DNA of 63,955 nucleotides, counting the filler, from Piptocephalis cylindrospora (taxonomy: Eukaryota), in assembly GCA_003614145.1 (NCBI GenBank). It is 3 parts of 3 records of this genome, joined end to end, with 100 filler letters (N's around TTAATTAATTAA, not from the genome) between each part and the next. Parts side by side here need not be neighbours in the genome. Positions count along the whole stretch, not along the records: positions 49,957 to 63,955 come from KZ987931.1; 2 more parts are not named here. One strand, given 5' to 3'. Below are positions 50,577-63,175 of the stretch, in pieces. A program made the position numbers and the translations under genes. The notes beneath the pieces were generated by a model. That model searched no databases. It was not told where the DNA came from and was given only the letters and a program-made list of their open reading frames with translations. Numbering within the stretch: position 1 is the first letter of the stretch; every line of letters starts with the position of its first letter.

Positions 50577-50755
50577 ATCGGTGACCGTGTGCGTGTGTGT
50601 GTGTGTAGGGATGAGTCCCTCTCCCAGGAAGGAGAAGGACAGTCAGGACAGGAAAGGCACATGGCTTGGAGAGCCGTGCCCCGTAGAATGTACGATAAAA
50701 TCTTATTTCTTTCCTCTCATCCTCCTCCTTCCTGCATCTCCCTATGGTATACATG

Positions 50756-52249
50756 TTATGACCCAGTACTCAGGTCATCAAGGTCCTCAGCAAGACCCTG
50801 CACCTGTCGTCTCAACTCCCTCACTTCAGGGTCCGCTTCACAAAGACTGATCGGTAGGCTCGACTGGACGAGATGCAAGGAGCGTAGGGCTAGGGAGAGG
50901 ATCTTTCCCCGGTCATACTCACGCCCCATCCCTCGAGCCATCTGAGTTGCGCACTTGCAGACAGTCAGCCATTGCAACAGGACTATGGGATGTCGACGAG
51001 GATAAATGAGGAGGTAGATGAGGAGGAGGAGAAGGGCGTATGTCAATGCCACTTCCCATTCCGAATCATCCAGAGCCCGCTCAAATTCACGCGTCCATCC
51101 AGGCACCCATCGGGAGACCAAGAAAAGGACCTCACTACCCTCGCCCCTACTTATTCGACATACCCTTTGCACAGTCTCCCGTCTCCAATCCTCGAAGTGT
51201 TCACGAGACCAAACCATATACAATCCATTCAAGAGATCATCATCCTTACTGATCATCTCGCTCATCTCCTGAATGCCCTTCTTTGTCAAGGCGCCATTTC
51301 CATTGACCCCAGTCTCTCCCTCCTTCTCCTCCAGACATCGGGAACACTCACAGGTAAAGTGATACTGCAATCCTAGGGCCTTTCGCCTATCAGGCCCATT
51401 CAAGCACGGATCCACATAGGATAAAGTCATCTCCTCCCCGACTTCCATATCCTCCATCACTCGCACCACCTGGCCGTTTCCTCCATCCCACAGGGCCACT
51501 GATGTTGGTCGGCATGAATGGTTCAGCAAGGCCCCTCTCGCCGGATAAGATGACATGGCTGCATACGGGAAACATTGAAGATCTGCTGGGGCAAACGCTG
51601 AGCTACGTAGCCGAAACACATGTCCCATAATTTCCTCTTCCTCCTCGGATGAACCCGTAGTTCCCATTGTGGAGGATGACCCTAAGGCCCTAGTAGCCAT
51701 GATCCATCGAGCAAGCGCCCTAGCCTCAGTCCGTTCCTGTGATCCTTGAGCCTCCCAGTGCGTGTCGAGTCGTAGAAACGCCTCCTTTTCCAGGCCTGGC
51801 CATTCCCTCCTTGAGTCGTCCGGTCTCTCCAAAGCTAGCATCGTTCGTCGTACCAGTTCCCCCTCGGTCTTACTTGGTCCACTCATCTCCAGCTCGGCCA
51901 AAGGTCCACGGCACATCACGCCGTGATGCTCCTTCCAAGCGCGTCGCTGACATCCCACGCCACAGTACCATACCTGCCGGCAGCCCCCGCACCTTTGAAG
52001 ACTGTCGTTCCCAAGACGTAGGCATTCTCCGCACCGCTCCTGTCGTTCCTCATGGCAAAGTACACTAGCCATCGGTTGTTGCTGCTCCCCCTTGGGAAAC
52101 ACGTCCTCTCCTGCCCGGAAAGGCCTGGTCGCGTAGATCCCTCGGTAGGTCCCCTCTCCCACCTGAAGCGTCTTTTCCTCTAGTCCAAGAACCTTGAGGT
52201 AACGATGTAATTGGGAAGTGGTGGTCATGTTTGGAGAAGACAAGGCCAT
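50756..52249 (-). CDS. SET and MYND domain protein (SMYD-type lysine methyltransferase), intronless
   Basis: RGIYATRPFRAGE, MYND CGECL...RCGGCRQVWYCGVGCQRRAWKEHH, LNHSCRP, GEEMTLSY, post-SET YHFTCECSRC. Confidence 0.9.
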   Translation of the reverse strand: MALSSPNMTTTSQLHRYLKVLGLEEKTLQVGEGTYRGIYATRPFRAGEDVFPKGEQQQPMASVLCHEERQERCGECLRLGNDSLQRCGGCRQVWYCGVGCQRRAWKEHHGVMCRGPLAELEMSGPSKTEGELVRRTMLALERPDDSRREWPGLEKEAFLRLDTHWEAQGSQERTEARALARWIMATRALGSSSTMGTTGSSEEEEEIMGHVFRLRSSAFAPADLQCFPYAAMSSYPARGALLNHSCRPTSVALWDGGNGQVVRVMEDMEVGEEMTLSYVDPCLNGPDRRKALGLQYHFTCECSRCLEEKEGETGVNGNGALTKKGIQEMSEMISKDDDLLNGLYMVWSREHFEDWRRETVQRVCRISRGEGSEVLFLVSRWVPGWTREFERALDDSEWEVALTYALLLLLIYLLIYPRRHPIVLLQWLTVCKCATQMARGMGREYDRGKILSLALRSLHLVQSSLPISLCEADPEVRELRRQVQGLAEDLDDLSTGS

Positions 52250-52435
52250 GAGCTATCCTCGACTGTCAGAGACATACCTTCCACCCCGATACATATACTC
52301 ATTCCTCCCAACAGCAAGTCCCAGGATCAATCCCTCAAAAAAAGACATCCTCTTATTCATATAAATTACTTTATCTATTGCACACTCTCTCTTCCCCTCA
52401 TCCTTTATTCCCATAAAGAGAATTTCTCTCACCTT

Positions 52436-55400
52436 CTACTCACGGAACCCATCCAAGTATAGAACTTGTCGGATCATTCCATAAAAATCTCGGAGTGAAG
52501 GCCAAGTCCCATAATCTTGAACGTCCTTGAGGTGATTGTCCGCCAAAGGCCGGATCACCTGTCCCGTCACCAAGCTCCACGCAAGGCCCCCACCAAGATA
52601 ATGGGCCCCAGCTCGTCCCCAGAGCCGCGTATAATCTTCAAAGATTGCTCGGAACGCCGTCGGTCGATTACTCAATCGGAGGTATACTACGTGGGGCATC
52701 CTAGTCCCCTCTCTGCCCCCTTCCTCCCCCTCATCTCCCCTCTCCTCCCCCTCATCTTGCCCTGCCATGAACCGCTCTCGCCATCCAGATGGCCTAGCTG
52801 ATCCACCGTCCAGGCTGACATCCAGGAGGCTTTGCGCCCTTCTCCTCCATCTCGCCCTTCGTTCCTGCTCGTCCTCCACGGGACTCGTCGTCTCCCCGGG
52901 TGGTCTGGCCCCCCGCGATATCCCTGCCCATCCCATCCCTCCTCCCTCCTCTTGATCTCCTTGAGGGGACCTTAAGCCCTCCTCAGGACCCCCATCGGGT
53001 ACTTGTGCATCTTCCCCTCCCCTCGACTGAGGAGTGGATGACCCTTCAGAATTCCCCGAGAGGGACGTTTCCCGGCGAAAACTAGGAACTTCCCCAAACG
53101 TGGGGATAATAGGGGAGGGCGCCCCAATAACATCCCACCCCTCCATTCCCCCTCCTCTGCCCCCCTCTCCAGTCCGAGTGAGTCCAAGGCCCGTTTGGGC
53201 CCGGGGCCTCCTCCTCATCAAGCCCCCTCCTCCTCCTCCGATCCGCTCCGCAGCACGTGGGTGAGGGGCAGTAGACCGAGCATGAGGTCCTGAAGGATTA
53301 GGCCTAATAGTCTCGGCCCTCGCCGGTTCCTCTTCTCGTTCATTAGTCTTGGTAGATGACCAAAATTTGGCAAGCCATCCCCACCAGGGTTCTCCGCTCC
53401 TGCTGCTCCTCCCTCCATCCTCCTTGGGTTCCATGCACACTTCCACCTGTATCCCACCTGTCCAGGATAAAGTAGGGAAGGTCAATGATCGTATTTCTAT
53501 CAGTTAGAACCCACGCCTCTCCTCACCTGGAAGTCTCTTGGGGTCCTTCACCCGAAGCATCACCGGGAAGAGGGGGAAATGATTGAGAAATGTCAGGAAA
53601 GACTCGGCCGTCGCATAAGCCATGAGGATAAGAACCCGGGCCATCGCAAAAGTCAAGTAGTAGACAAAGGTCGTAGGGAAAAGGAAGGTTAAGAGGGTGA
53701 AAAAGATGGTTCCAAGGAGAAGCTGATCCAAGTCATAATCGCACAAATCAATCCGATGACGAAGGACATTTCTCTTTTTCCCTATAGACGCATAAAATAG
53801 TAAGAGAGATGGATGGACAAAATATTATCAAGGGTGCCCTTTCCCCTCAATCACCACCACCACCACCATCACTCTGGACTTACCCCGAAAAAGGTTAAAC
53901 AATGAGTATTGCACAATCAGCTGAAGGTGGAAGATCCGGGCGGCCGCAATATAAAACCAGTAGATGTGTAGGGTCAGAGCAGAGAGGAGATCTGATACCA
54001 AAGAAATCACCATGGATGCTCCCATGAATCCAGAAAACCCAATGACGAGGATGATTGTCGAGGCAAATTGTCGGAGAGGACTAATGCACACTAGATAGGA
54101 TCATCATGAACAGGTGAGTAAGGAGATCCACACTTACCTTTCCCCTCCACTCCAATCTCCTCTCCTCTCATATCCTCTCCTTCCCGAAAACTCACCAATC
54201 CAAAAGTGAAGGAGCCACAGAAGCATATCTCCGAGAAAGCCGTCCAAGTCACTGTTGAGTTTCAATCCGGCTGGCCATCCCTTCAACCACACAATCATCT
54301 CCTCCATATTCTGCACTGTGTACTGGTCCACCCAGCCCCATACTAGGTTTCCCATATCCTCATGATTCCCAATGAGAAAGGCCCCGAGGGCCAGACCAAT
54401 GATGATATCATTGGCCAAGAGCCACACATCGTTGTAGAAACGAATATACTCTTGGGGCAGAAAGTCGCCTCGTCGATGCCCCTCACGGATTCGGAGAAAA
54501 TGATAAGGCCAAGTACAAACTTGACGCATACGGATGTCGATCTGTTGCGCTGTGGTCGAGATGCTTCGAAGGGAGGCTCCCCGAAGGATAGGCAAAGTAA
54601 AATGGATGATCCAGAGGATGATTCCCGCTAGGGCCCTAGCCGGCACAAGCAAGAGGGTGAGACAGGCCCATCCGGGAATTCGTGTCACTTTGCGAAGAAT
54701 GGGCCGACGACGCGTGAGGGCCTGGACCCATTTACACGCCTTCCTCCCTCGAACCAGAAGGCCCTGACGGATCCGACGAGCAATTCCGTACGCTCTGTCA
54801 GTTCCCGTAAGCCGAAGACCCAATCTTTTCATCTTCCCCTCCAGGTACCTGGCCATATTCATTTGTCGAAGAATGAGTTCATTCTCATTCGACCAGTTCA
54901 CTTTAGGATCCCCCCGAGCCTCCGAAACCCGGCTTCCTTCAGGTCCTCGTCCCTCCAAAAGCCTTCCCTCAGAGCCTCTTCGCACCCTCCTTCCCTCACC
55001 GCTGCCAATGACGTTGGTGTGGCCATTACTGGAAATGTGAGATTCGGTTGAATGGGAAGCTGAGGAGTCCTCGGTTCCCCAATGAACCCGCCCTGGACCC
55101 GTCGACGACAAGGGATTGAACCGATGCCAGCCTCCCAGACTTCTACTTTCATCACTCGTCCCTGAAGGAGAAGCCGTTGAAGAGGAAGGAAAGGAAGAAG
55201 AGGAAGCAGCGGAGGAAGGATTAGGTGACGCTGTACTAGCTGAGGTTCGTAGTAAGGAAAAGGGAAGAGAAGGGATGGAGGGAGTCTGGGAGGTAGTAAA
55301 GGTATAGGGAGGAATAGGGGCTGAGGAGTTTCCCAAAGCATGACCCCTCTCTCCTCCTCCTTCCTCTGTGAATCCATTCCGTCTACTGCCCCAAGCCCAT

Positions 55401-56414
55401 TCATCCAAAGCCCCTCCTCCCATTTCCCCCAAGCCGTCGGGGGGAAAGAAAGGTCGAGAACTAGGATTCCATCCAGGACCCTGCCTACCCATACTCCCTG
55501 ATCCTAACACACTGTATCCACTGGAGCGCATCAGCGAAGGGACTCTTCCACCCACCAGGTCAACTCCTCCCATCCCTCCCTCTCCTCCATCCCTCTTCCC
55601 CATTCGTTCACCGGCTTTCGGGGCCGTGAAAAGCTTGGATACATTGCGAAAGACCTTATTCTGCCTTTGTACCTCCGTGGCACTAGATGAGGAAGTGGTG
55701 TTGGAGGAGGAGTGAGGGGATGACCGAGCATCCCTGGAAAGGGGTAGTGTTAGGGGCCGTAAGGAAAGATATTCCATATTCCCTGGATCTGGCTGGGTGT
55801 AGTATATGATCTCGGTGGAGAGATCTGGGTACCGGTAACCGCAACAGTAGATAGATCTAAGCTGTGGAGTCCCTTGATGTTGCATGTACACAGTGAGCCA
55901 AAGATTAGCCGTGGATTTTCGCGTAGCAATGGCTTCCGTGTCCAAAAAAGGTCTCTCATCTTCCTCCTCCCCCAATGAACCCAAACGCCTCTTTTCTTCG
56001 GAGGGAATAGCACAAATACCCAGGATGGAGAGAGGAGCACCACACGATCGGCGATATAAGGCCGAGGAGGGGTCCATATGTCTAGATAGAGTGGCCAAAT
56101 GCCCTTCCAGTGCTTCAATCTTTCCGGTGGTAAAGTGAAGAAAAAAAAGGAAGAGTGAGGTGAGATGAGACGAGATTAAGAAAAACATATGTTCCCATCT
56201 CTTTTCCCCCACACATTAGGCTAGGACAATATCTTACCGTCGTCCCCGTAACAATCGCAGCTATGCATGCGGTAAAGGATCGTACGTTCCAACCGACAAG
56301 GAAGCCCGAGGAGAGGTTGGTGGTACATAGATGATCAGGCCAGTAGATTTTGGCCAAAGCCCTAGCGTTGTGCGATCTCGGATCCCCATACAGCCGAGTG
56401 GAGGAAGGATGCAT
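52436..56414 (-). CDS. GPI1: GPI-GlcNAc transferase subunit Gpi1/PIG-Q (multi-exon, with low-complexity inserts)
   Basis: GFLVGWN, QQIDIR, YNDVWLLANDIIIG, WLKGWPAGLKLN, SLFNLFRG|KKRNVLRHRID, YDLDQLLLGT, NHFPLF. Confidence 0.93.
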
Positions 56415-56674
56415 CCGTATGGGGAGGAGATGAGGATTGATATGGATGGGATGTGGATGGAAGTAGAAAAAGAATGGAAGGGAGAAAGCGGATAGGAGCA
56501 GATATGTGTGTACGCGCGTGCGATTAAAAAGAACCCCGTCGCTTTAATTGCTCTCTAGCTGAGGTTCTGTAAGGATGATGGTGGATCTGCATGATAAGCC
56601 CATCCAAGAGGAGGATGTTTATCCGTCAGTGAAGAAGATGGGGAAAGAAAATATACAAACACACCCTTAAATCA

Positions 56675-56995
56675 TCAACTAACCTCGACTCGTGTACGAA
56701 CAATGTGTAATAGGGGCCCAAGACACACTACAGCATAAATGACCGCGAGAACGGCAAAGGAGTAAAAAATGTAAAGCTGGTGGGGCGGATAGGAAAAGGA
56801 AAGGATGTTAAGGGAAGACGCGCCTTCTTCATCCCCCTCTCTTCTCCGTTCCCTCCTCTCGAAACTTACCTTGTGATGTGAATGAACTAGGAGGTCTTCC
56901 GCGAGAAAGGCCGTCAACCGCGTCAGAGACCAGTGAGAGGTGAGACGACCAATGAGTAAGGCAACGATAAGTAAGAAAAAGTGGGTAGGACTCAT
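56675..56995 (-). CDS. Small hydrophobic membrane protein (probably 2 exons)
   Basis: Two hydrophobic segments separated by a GTAAGT...CAG intron-like stretch; no family recognised. Confidence 0.35.
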   Translation of the reverse strand: MSPTHFFLLIVALLIGRLTSHWSLTRLTAFLAEDLLVHSHHKVSFERRERRREGDEEGASSLNILSFSYPPHQLYIFYSFAVLAVIYAVVCLGPLLHIVRTRVEVS

Positions 56996-57790
56996 GCCCG
57001 TCCGTACCAGGCTGCAATAGGCTATCTTTATAATGAAGAGGGAAGAGGAGAAGGAGGGGATGAGAGAGTTCTAAAATGTGGGGAAGAGTGTAAACATAAT
57101 ACTAAGTCTCTTACGCCTTGTCGATATGAAAGCCAACAACAACAAAGTTGATGAGTTAGGGCCCTCTTGATAACCGAGAAGGGGAGGAATGAGGGAAGGA
57201 ACCAGCAATGGGATCGAGGAGAGAGAAAGGAGAGGGGATGGAAGACAAAGGAGAGATGGAAGACAAAGATAGACGAAGAATAGAGTGGTAGGAAGAAGAA
57301 AGCAGGGGAAGGGCAGGGAGGTCAAAACGATCTCACTGCTCCCTTCCAAGCCCTGTTGGATCTACATTGCCCTAGCTCCCTCTACTACCAGCCTCACAGC
57401 ATCGGTGAGTTTCCGTGCCTGGTCAGTTGGGCTGGCCACACCATCATAAGTCCTTAAGGGTGTGCATGAATCATAGTGGAGAAAAGGGTAGATACACACA
57501 CATTAGAAGGACTTTGGGTCTGGATGTAAAGAGCAAGGGAAGAGAGGTATAAAAAAAATGAAGGTTTCTTGGCAGAGGTATTGAAGATCCTATAAAATGC
57601 CTATTAGGATGAATGGAAAACAAACACTCCCTTTCTTATTCAGTCAAATGAAAGGATAAAGAGGTAGCCTTGCCACCTGACCCTGCCAATGGAATGAACA
57701 AGGATCCTTCTCATTGCCATCACCCTTTACTCGTCCCAGGAAAGGGTATTGCAGAGGTCCTCTGATAGTACAAGCATTTGAATGTAAAGA

Positions 57791-59310
57791 TCATTCAGTC
57801 ATTTCCCTGTCTTCAACATGAGGAGAACCAGGCTGGGAGGCAGGAGGAGTAGGGTCGGCAGGATCTCCATAGCGCCATCTGAGTATGATATCAGAGGTGG
57901 ACATATCCTCCTCTGCCTCCACCAATCCCAGCTGAACAAGCATGTCCATGGCCGGCTTCAACCGTTGAACATCAACCCCCTCCTTTTGGACATGCTATCC
58001 ACAAGTAATAAAAAGTGAGGATCCCCAGGAAATATGCCCTATCAGATATATACATAATTGCTTAGACTCACTGTATGAACCTCGGAGAGCGCCACCTCTT
58101 TTCCAGGAGAGGCGCTAATCATCAGGATGATCTCGGCCATCATGGACCCTAGACTACGCAATGGGAAGAAAAGACGAAGGAGCGATTTCAGGGTTCGGGG
58201 GGAAGACATTGTCTGTTCCTTGATAGATGATGTCTAGCGGGGACGGGAAAGGGAACGTAATCAATGAAAAGAAATGGTTCACCCTCCCCCTTCTCCCTTT
58301 CACTTACCATTCCCTTATGCTCTTCCACCAAAGACTCAGACCATGCCGATAGATCTTCTGGGGAAATACGAACCAGCATTGATCTTTCCGTCTCTTCGAG
58401 AATTCTGTTTTGCTCCAGATAGATACGAAGCCATCGTCCATAATCTACTCAATAAGGATGCGACGTGAGTAAAGGAGACTCTTAACTACACCGCCCGTAG
58501 CCTCCTTTTTGTCTTACCAGTGGCGTCCTCCTCGGAATGACGGGCCTTGGGAGATGGGAAGAACTGTTTGGATAGTTGCAAAGCCATGCCCCCCTCCTTC
58601 TCTCCTCCCTCCTGCACATGCCCCTCCATGGATCCCTCCATATCACTGAGCATGCCCGGGTTCTTTCGGGTACGCTGAACTCTACGTTCTTGCAGCCTCT
58701 CTTTCCTGTGTCTTAATTCCTCCTCTAAACCCTCAAGCTCCTCTTGTATGAGCTCCCGGGTGTCGGGGGTAGTGGAGGTACGGGGTCTTTTGGTGGTTCG
58801 CTCCGCTTCGCCCTCTATAGCCGCCTTACGCTCCATCAGGGCTCGGTCCAGCTGAGCGCTGACTTCCTCATGCTCTTGATCCAGCCCCTCAAGAAACCCC
58901 TCCAGCTGTTCCCGTCGTCTTTGCAAGGCCCTGAGACGGTGCTTGCCCGGACCATGAACTGGGGTGGTCGGGATGGGAGGATCGGCGCGTCGGGAGGACC
59001 TGGGTGTACTGGGCTCTCCTGGGGCACCCAGCCTCATTTCCATGGCATCCCTCTCCTCCTTCTTGGTCTGGACAATGTCCTCGGCTTGGGCCAGCATGGA
59101 GTAGATTAACGGGCTGACCTCCTCACCCACCCTCTCCCTCTCTTGTTGCAGTTCACGCTCCGTGAGGAGGAGATGAGTCTTCCGCAACTGAAGTAATCGG
59201 CCCAGCCGGTCAAATCCCTTTGTGGAAGCTGAGAGCTTTTGTGTGCAATGAGTCAGCGAATTATTGATTTCCCCCAGACGAGCAATGCAGCCATCTAGTT
59301 GGTTTTCCAT
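57791..59310 (-). CDS. SPC19: Spc19-like DASH/Dam1 complex subunit with coiled-coil and C-terminal winged-helix-like extension (4 exons)
   Basis: LDGCIARL...STKGFDRLGRLLQLRKTHLLLTERELQQERERVGEEVSPLI resembles Spc19 (L.GCV.SL...DFPRL.KVL...RHF.L..E..L.......EI.P.I). Three further exons join in frame via GT-AG introns to the stop at 57791. Confidence 0.7.
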
Positions 59311-59805
59311 GGTACGAAAAGGTTGGGTGGAGAGGGTCTTTGTTGTTATCAGTAAAGAGGGATGATGACGAACCGAAGGAATGTGGATGATGTGAAGGGA
59401 AGAGAGGATAGGGAAAGAGTGTCATGTAACCATCGTTCACTTCCCAAATCTGTATTGTTATTGACTTGTTGAGATTTCGCGTATTAGCTCAGACAGATGG
59501 TGGTATGCTGGGCCAGAGAGAGGCGGTACTAGGTCAAAAAAGGGCGGAGTGGACACCCCAAATGAGGCACGCGTCACCCGCCTCAGCCAGAGCCACACTA
59601 GGGACAGGATGGCTAGGAGATGAATGTGTGTACACATGCGCCCCTCTGGAGCGTAAATAAGAGGCGCCGCCAGTCCCCTCTCTTTCTTATACGTATCCAT
59701 CACTTCTCTTCCTCTCTCCCACTCTTCCCTCATTCTTCCCCCATCCCCCGTCTCTGCTCTCAAAATTCAGAATTTCCTCACGCCAACTCAAGTAAAGCAG
59801 CTAGA

Positions 59806-60796
59806 ATGGATGGATCCAGTCGGAAGAGGAAGAACCAGGTGGAGAAAAATCTACAATCCAAGAATCATCCTTCCTCCCGAATATCTCTATACCATACATT
59901 CCAAGAAGTTGACATAATTCCATCTCGTGCGCGTCAGGAAAGAGTGGAGAAGGAGATCCAAAATCTATTTGACCCTATTGATCAGTTCCACAACCTTGGG
60001 CAAAAGCTGAGTGAAGTAAGGATATGCCCTGTGTCCAATGGGTCAGGGAAGGGAGAAATGAATCTGACCACGCTAGTCTCACGCCCTTTCATGCTTTCAA
60101 CAGCGCCAGCAAGGAATGGCGAGGAGAGATTGGGACCAAAGGATCGGTTATTTTGTCGACCCACGCATACAAGGTGAATTGAGGAAATACCGGGATAGGA
60201 TGTGTATCTACTCACATTCCCTTTCTAACCCACCCGACCCATGGAACGTCCCCTATGCTAGAAAAGAGACTTGAGCCGCTCCAGGCCATGATGGATCATT
60301 TTGACCTTTTGACTTCCTCGGCCTCCTCAATGTCCCGAGGGGTCCGCCATGCTCGGTCACATCCCTGTTTACGGCTTCGTCCGATGGATCATACGTAGGT
60401 TTCTCCTTGTCATTTCTTCCCCTCTCTCCTTACTTACACTCTATTCAACCTCATAACAGAGCCACTCTCGCCCTCTTCCCCACGCTCGACCGAGGGACAA
60501 GACATCTCCATACCCTATCCTCTACGTCCCCAGATGAGTACAGGGCTCAGATCTCACGTAGGACAGATGAGGCGGTAAGCAATCTCTGTCCTTGGAAAAC
60601 CAGTAAAGCGTATCATCTCACCCTACCATGGAATGGGGTCACAATACAGCTCCATTTGGGGAGCCAAATCAAAAAAGAAGTGATACGAACGATGGATGAA
60701 GTCACCATGGCCCTCCAGACCCATTCCCTGCATCAAGCAACCCTAGACAAGGCAAAACATATCCAAGAAAGGGAAGAATCGGGGGGAAACGTGTAA
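59806..60796 (+). CDS. Unknown multi-exon protein, divergent from the Spc19-like gene
   Basis: ATG at 59806 with NLS-like RKRK; several canonical GT...AG introns; helical C-terminus. Confidence 0.5.
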
Positions 60797-60971
60797 AATG
60801 ATCATTAAAAGAGTACAGTAATCGCCCTGATAGGGAAGGACTAGAGAAACGGTAAGAGTGAACGGGAAAGGTAGAAGGGAAAAGGAGGAGAGGGAGCAGA
60901 GGATGAGAGAAGCGGGAGGTGAGGAGATGAAGAGAGAGGAGAGACAGTAGGTGGCTGACGACGCTAGATAG

Positions 60972-62614
60972 TCAACCATAATGGGAGGAAAAGGATGTGG
61001 AGAAGGAGGGACGGCGGCTGATAAAGCTGAATCCCTGAAAGAGGGCATCAGAGGTTGGGGAAACCGGGGAGGCATGAGGACTCTCTGGGATAGGGGCCAT
61101 GCTGGTGAATTCTTTATCAAAGTTGCTCGTATCCTCCTCGTTGACCTAGATAGGGGGAGGGGGATGAGAGATGGGAAAAGGGAAGTAAAGCTTCCGAAAA
61201 TGAAATGACGTACGATAATGGGAACAAAAGGGGCCCGAACCTTTCGGTCGAGAAGACGGGACCAGTTGATGGAGCGGAAAAAGGGATGCTTCTTCAGGTC
61301 CTCTACCCCACCGGGACCAGCACCAAGACGAGATTTGGGATGCTTCTTTAGCAGTTTGGTCAGGAGATCTCGAGAGGCCGGGGAAAGGTAGGAGGGAAGC
61401 TTGAGCCGACGGTTCATGATGGAATCCATGGTGGCCTTTCGATTACTCCCACGGAAAGGAGCGGACCCGGTGAGCATATCATGGATGAGGATGCCCAGGG
61501 ACCACCAATCCACGGAAAAGTCATAGCCAAGCCTCTCCATGACGACCTCCGGAGCCTACATGTACAAGGAGGAGTAAGCTGAATGCCCCTCATCGCACAG
61601 CCATCCCTCCTCTCCCACACACACACTTACCATGTACTCGACGGTACCACAGATGGTATTGGTGGTGCCTGAATCATCCAGAGAGACCTTGGAAAGGCCA
61701 AAATCGGTAAGAACGACATTACCGTCACTCCCCAGGAGGATATTTTCTGGCTTGAGATCCCGGTAGATGACTCCGACGGAGTGAAGATGCTCTAGGGCCA
61801 GAATGATTTGAGCCGAGACAAAGACGGCGACCTCTTCATCGAACATTTTCTCCCGGGCCAGATGGGTAAAGAGTTCACCTCCCGGGACATACTCAAGGAC
61901 CAGATAGAGCTTCCTCGCGGTCTGGAACGCGTAGTAAAGCTTGACGATGAAGGGGTGCTGGACAGCCTCGAGGATCTGGCGCTCGGCCTTTGTATGTTCG
62001 GTATACTTGGAGTGTACAACTACAGCAGCCTTTCTCAGTGTCTTCATGGCGTAAAGACGTCCAGAGGAGCGTTCCCGGACAAGGAAGACCTTTCCGTACG
62101 TTCCAGTCCCGATGACCTTGAGGGGGACAAAGTCCTCGGGTCCAATGGGCTTGGCCACTGGGGAGAGTGGATCCTGGGAGGAGGAGGAGGAGGAGGAAGG
62201 AGAAGAAGAGAGGGATGGGGATAGCAAAGCAGGAGGGGAGGAGGGAGGAAGGGTGGCGAGGACAAGGGGATCGGGGATGGGCTCTGAGTAGCTAGAGGCC
62301 ATGTCTTTGGCCTGATATGATCCTACAGGGATGACCATGGAGGAGGTCCGATAGGGGGGAAGGTCCGTGGTGGAGGATGGAGACCGACCTGTGGATAAGT
62401 TCATCATGGATGCCGCCATAGTAACGGGATGCTCCATATCCTCTTCTTCTTCCTCCTCCATGTCCAGATCCATTGGAACCTCGGATTCCTCATCAATCCC
62501 CTCCAGAGTGTAGGGATATCCTTCGAGGGCAGCGTCGTTTTCCACGGAGGAAAGCGAGGAGGTGGAGGACCTACGAAGGGCAATGGGATCTTCCAAGTCA
62601 AAGGAAAAGACCAT
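60972..62614 (-). CDS. AGC kinase, p70 S6 kinase-like (Psk1/Ypk3 type), 3 exons
   Basis: GTGTYGKV, HTKAERQIL, YRDLKPEN, DFGLSK, TICGTVEYM|APE, DWWSLG; last exon NFDKEFT...FQGFSF (hydrophobic motif); N-terminal VFSFDLE resembles the S6K TOS motif. Confidence 0.9.
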
Positions 62615-62675
62615 CTTGCGTGGGGTGAGTAGTAAGGAAGGTGGGGGTGAAGGGGGAAGAGAAGAAGGTGACTAA

Positions 62676-62703
<28 letters not shown>
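62676..62703. repeat. (AG)n microsatellite in the 5' region of the kinase gene
   Basis: Direct reading. Confidence 0.9.
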
Positions 62704-62706
<3 letters not shown>

Positions 62707-63057
62707 AAGAGGAGTAGCGGGGTACGAACCTAGTTATGTGAGGGCGGTGGACAAAGGAGGTATAAGTACCACGGGGAAGAGATTGCTTGACAAAGAAGTA
62801 GAAGCTGGTGACCCGAGTTTGGGGGTAAGGATCATGCCAGTCAAACTAGACAGCACAGCATGAGGAAAGGAGTGGAGTGAGGAGGGGGGATGCGTGAGGC
62901 CTGGAAAAAAAGAACCTGTGCAAGATGGAGACACAGGGTGCATGTGTGGGATCGCTGATAAGGGTTGGCTGGCTAGTTGGATGTGGGGGTGTGTGTACTG
63001 GTAGTAAGGGGAGGGGTCCCTTGCTAGTGCCTTTTTGTGCCTCCTCTACCCTGTCTC

Positions 63058-63175
63058 CACACACACACACACACACATCGACTCAGGTTCACATGATGGT
63101 GGTGTAGAAGAGAGGTGAGATCAGCCTATACTACATGTGGTACGTGTGTGTGTGTGTGTGTGCGTGTGTGTGTGT
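63058..63175. repeat. (CA)n tract followed about 65 bp later by a (TG)n tract
   Basis: Direct reading: 63058-63077 CA repeat and 63144-63175 TG repeat. Confidence 0.85.
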
